Shown here piece by piece: positions 62,209-64,000 of a stretch of 64,000 nt of DNA. This DNA is from an uncultured candidate division Zixibacteria bacterium. GTDB lineage: Bacteria; Zixibacteria; MSB-5A5; RBG-16-43-9. The notes beneath the pieces are model-generated. The model saw only the letters and a list, made by a program, of their open reading frames with translations. It did not search any database and was not told the DNA's origin. The translations under genes were made by a program, and so were the position numbers. Every line of letters begins with the position of its first letter. The first letter of the stretch is position 1. The stretch covers positions 800,001 to 864,000 of the forward strand of contig OY970208.1 in NCBI GenBank assembly GCA_963713865.1. The letters run 5' to 3'.

Positions 62209-63063
62209 ATGTATCCAAAATTTTTCTTTGAGAGATTCTGGGAAGGAGAGCAACGAAATGAACTTTTTGTTTGTATGCCTTTTCATGATGCATTTGATTC
62301 AAGATTTAATGACATTATAGTTCCTGCTGCCAAAGAAGCTGGATTCGATAATGCCGTGAGAATGAAAGAAGACACGGAAGGTAACGTTGTAATGGATAAG
62401 ATACTGGATGGTATAGCAAATTCAAAAATGATTCTTGTTGATTTATCAGACGATCCAAAATCTCTGTGCAATTATTCGCAACATGTGAACGGGAATGTCC
62501 TTTATGAAGCAGGGATTGCGCATGCAATGCGTGAGCCTTCAGCTATTGTGATGATCCGAGAACAAGATCTAGCTAAAGCCGATTTTGATATTAGGGGTAT
62601 GACCATAAATCAGCCTAAAGATGGCAAATTAACAAGAGAGTGGCTATCAAAGTTATTACAGACTTCTTTAGATAACCATAAATGGTTCGAAAGTAAACGT
62701 GTGAGAGCGGCTGCCCAGTCAATAGACGAGATAAGCTTAGGACTAATGCTGGACATCGGGAGGCGACCTTATGGCTGGAATCATTTCAATACAAATAACC
62801 CAAAGGTTTTTGATTCTTTACGAAAGGCGTCAGTTTTGAGACTTTTAGATCTAGGAATTCTGCGGTTTGCCACAGGCGGAGCTGAAAGTCCTACCGAATA
62901 TGCATATCATTGGACGTCTTTTGGTTATGAAGTCATGAAATGCTTAGCTATTAAACAGCTCACAATGGAAGAATTCCGAAAAACACCGCAGTATAAACTA
63001 GCAGCGGAAGCAAGGAAACAATATGAAGAACATAAAAAGAAATCTGCCGATTGGTTAGAATAA
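62209..63063 (+). CDS. Hypothetical protein with nucleoside 2-deoxyribosyltransferase/TIR-like N-terminal domain
   Basis: FVCMPF...I-x2-S-x-MILVDLS...NGNVLYEAGIAHA; AGGAGG RBS. Confidence 0.7.
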   Translation: MYPKFFFERFWEGEQRNELFVCMPFHDAFDSRFNDIIVPAAKEAGFDNAVRMKEDTEGNVVMDKILDGIANSKMILVDLSDDPKSLCNYSQHVNGNVLYEAGIAHAMREPSAIVMIREQDLAKADFDIRGMTINQPKDGKLTREWLSKLLQTSLDNHKWFESKRVRAAAQSIDEISLGLMLDIGRRPYGWNHFNTNNPKVFDSLRKASVLRLLDLGILRFATGGAESPTEYAYHWTSFGYEVMKCLAIKQLTMEEFRKTPQYKLAAEARKQYEEHKKKSADWLE

Positions 63064-63367
63064 CTCACTGCGTGGATTTCTAAGTCTGTCGTGGTGTGAA
63101 GCGTTACCTTCTGACACCCATAGTTATATAGCGGAAGGCTTTTAGCCTTCCATTTTTTCAAAAGTCTGTAGTGACAGGGCTTGTCCCCGTTCGAACAATA
63201 AAAGGACAGCCACAAGGGCTGTCCCTACATAAAACTTTACATAGGTTCAATAAGACTTGACATTCAACATAGAACTCTTATAATGAAAGATAACAGCACT
63301 GTGTGGATTTAATATGAAACCTGTAAAGGGCGCAAACTTTCGGCTATATTAGAAAAGGAGGAAAAAA

Positions 63368-64000
63368 GTGAAAATCCTTTTAACACTCACCACTTTGCTC
63401 GTAGCTTTTACCACCGTAGCAGAAAGTAAATTGATTACTGGCTACGGTTTTAAAACTGGTCTTGTTATGGGAACTCAAAACCCCAAAGGATTTTTTGCAT
63501 ATGAATATGATATTCCGGAAGTTGGTTATGTTTTTAAAGATGGCATATACTCTTTTGAATGGGGTGCTGGTTTTAGTATTATGGGTTATCTTGAATGGTT
63601 TAACACACACCCTTTTAATCTTATAACAGAGATTGGTTATATTGGAAGGGGTATTAAAGAAAATATAACAATGACAACTACAATAAATTATTGGTTTGGT
63701 GATTCAACTATTACTACTACTAGGAATTTCCCCGGATTAGTTAAACGGGTAGACTATTTAATATTATCATCCTTGATGAAATTAACTCTTTCCACTAAGG
63801 GTGTTTCCCCCTATTTACTTATTGGACCAAGATTTGATATCTATCTTCATATTCCATTCACTACTGTTCCTGATTATGTAAAATATGCGCCTGTAGTTTT
63901 TAGTGGAATTTTTGGAGTGGGTATTGAATTTAGTCTATTTAAAAAATTTCCAATGATGTTTATCGAGGGACAATATAATAATGCTTTTACAAAATCGTTG
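63368..64000 (+). CDS. Outer-membrane beta-barrel protein (PorT-like), truncated by window edge
   Basis: Not in ORF track (no stop in window): AAGGAGG then GTG, MKILLTLTTLLVAF signal, GFKTG, EIGYIGRG, PYLLIGPRFD. Confidence 0.75.
   Translation, partial: MKILLTLTTLLVAFTTVAESKLITGYGFKTGLVMGTQNPKGFFAYEYDIPEVGYVFKDGIYSFEWGAGFSIMGYLEWFNTHPFNLITEIGYIGRGIKENITMTTTINYWFGDSTITTTRNFPGLVKRVDYLILSSLMKLTLSTKGVSPYLLIGPRFDIYLHIPFTTVPDYVKYAPVVFSGIFGVGIEFSLFKKFPMMFIEGQYNNAFTKSL

Noticed and set aside
63310-63360. c-di-GMP-I riboswitch-like AAACC...GGGCGCAAA upstream of the barrel gene
   Set aside because: Only a partial motif; the stems could not be built convincingly without a covariance search.
63380-63610. 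Minus-strand 76-aa ORF and the many other short antisense ORFs in the track
   Set aside because: Shadows of better-supported genes on the opposite strand or in another frame.

Overview
Bacterial chromosomal window; a C-terminal QNYPNPFN sorting domain, a PorT-like barrel and the gene content suggest an anaerobic FCB-associated lineage such as candidate Zixibacteria (inference only). The housekeeping backbone comprises nadE, fhs, wrbA, tRNA-Leu-tig-clpP-purA, a TrmH methyltransferase, sppA, galT, htpX, hemolysin/DedA/MarC/RidA genes and five tRNAs. Accessory blocks: (1) 1.1-5.4 kb, a Y1/HUH transposase flanked by REP-doublet palindromes, an integrase-less integron-type cassette (attI-like site, CxxC-x11-CxxC gene, small partner, attC) and an MTase-Mrr fusion; (2) a sigma54-type operon with a response regulator, a GcvH-like protein and HybA/HybB-like subunits but no catalytic subunit; (3) the best candidate for an undescribed system, a translationally coupled ParB-like / nuclease-like+HD / B12-type radical SAM operon at 28.4-32.0 kb beside an MNT-HEPN toxin-antitoxin pair; (4) an ARE-like ABC-F gene with an MK uORF attenuator; (5) a HypD glycyl radical enzyme and activase; (6) a four-gene chaperone-usher-like surface fibre operon. 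Several genes are frameshifted: four share an extra base in the same GTTCTGG context and three have homopolymer deletions, so most are probably long-read consensus errors rather than true pseudogenes. Intergenic DNA carries several REP-like palindrome families, some nested in each other and in decayed tRNA copies.
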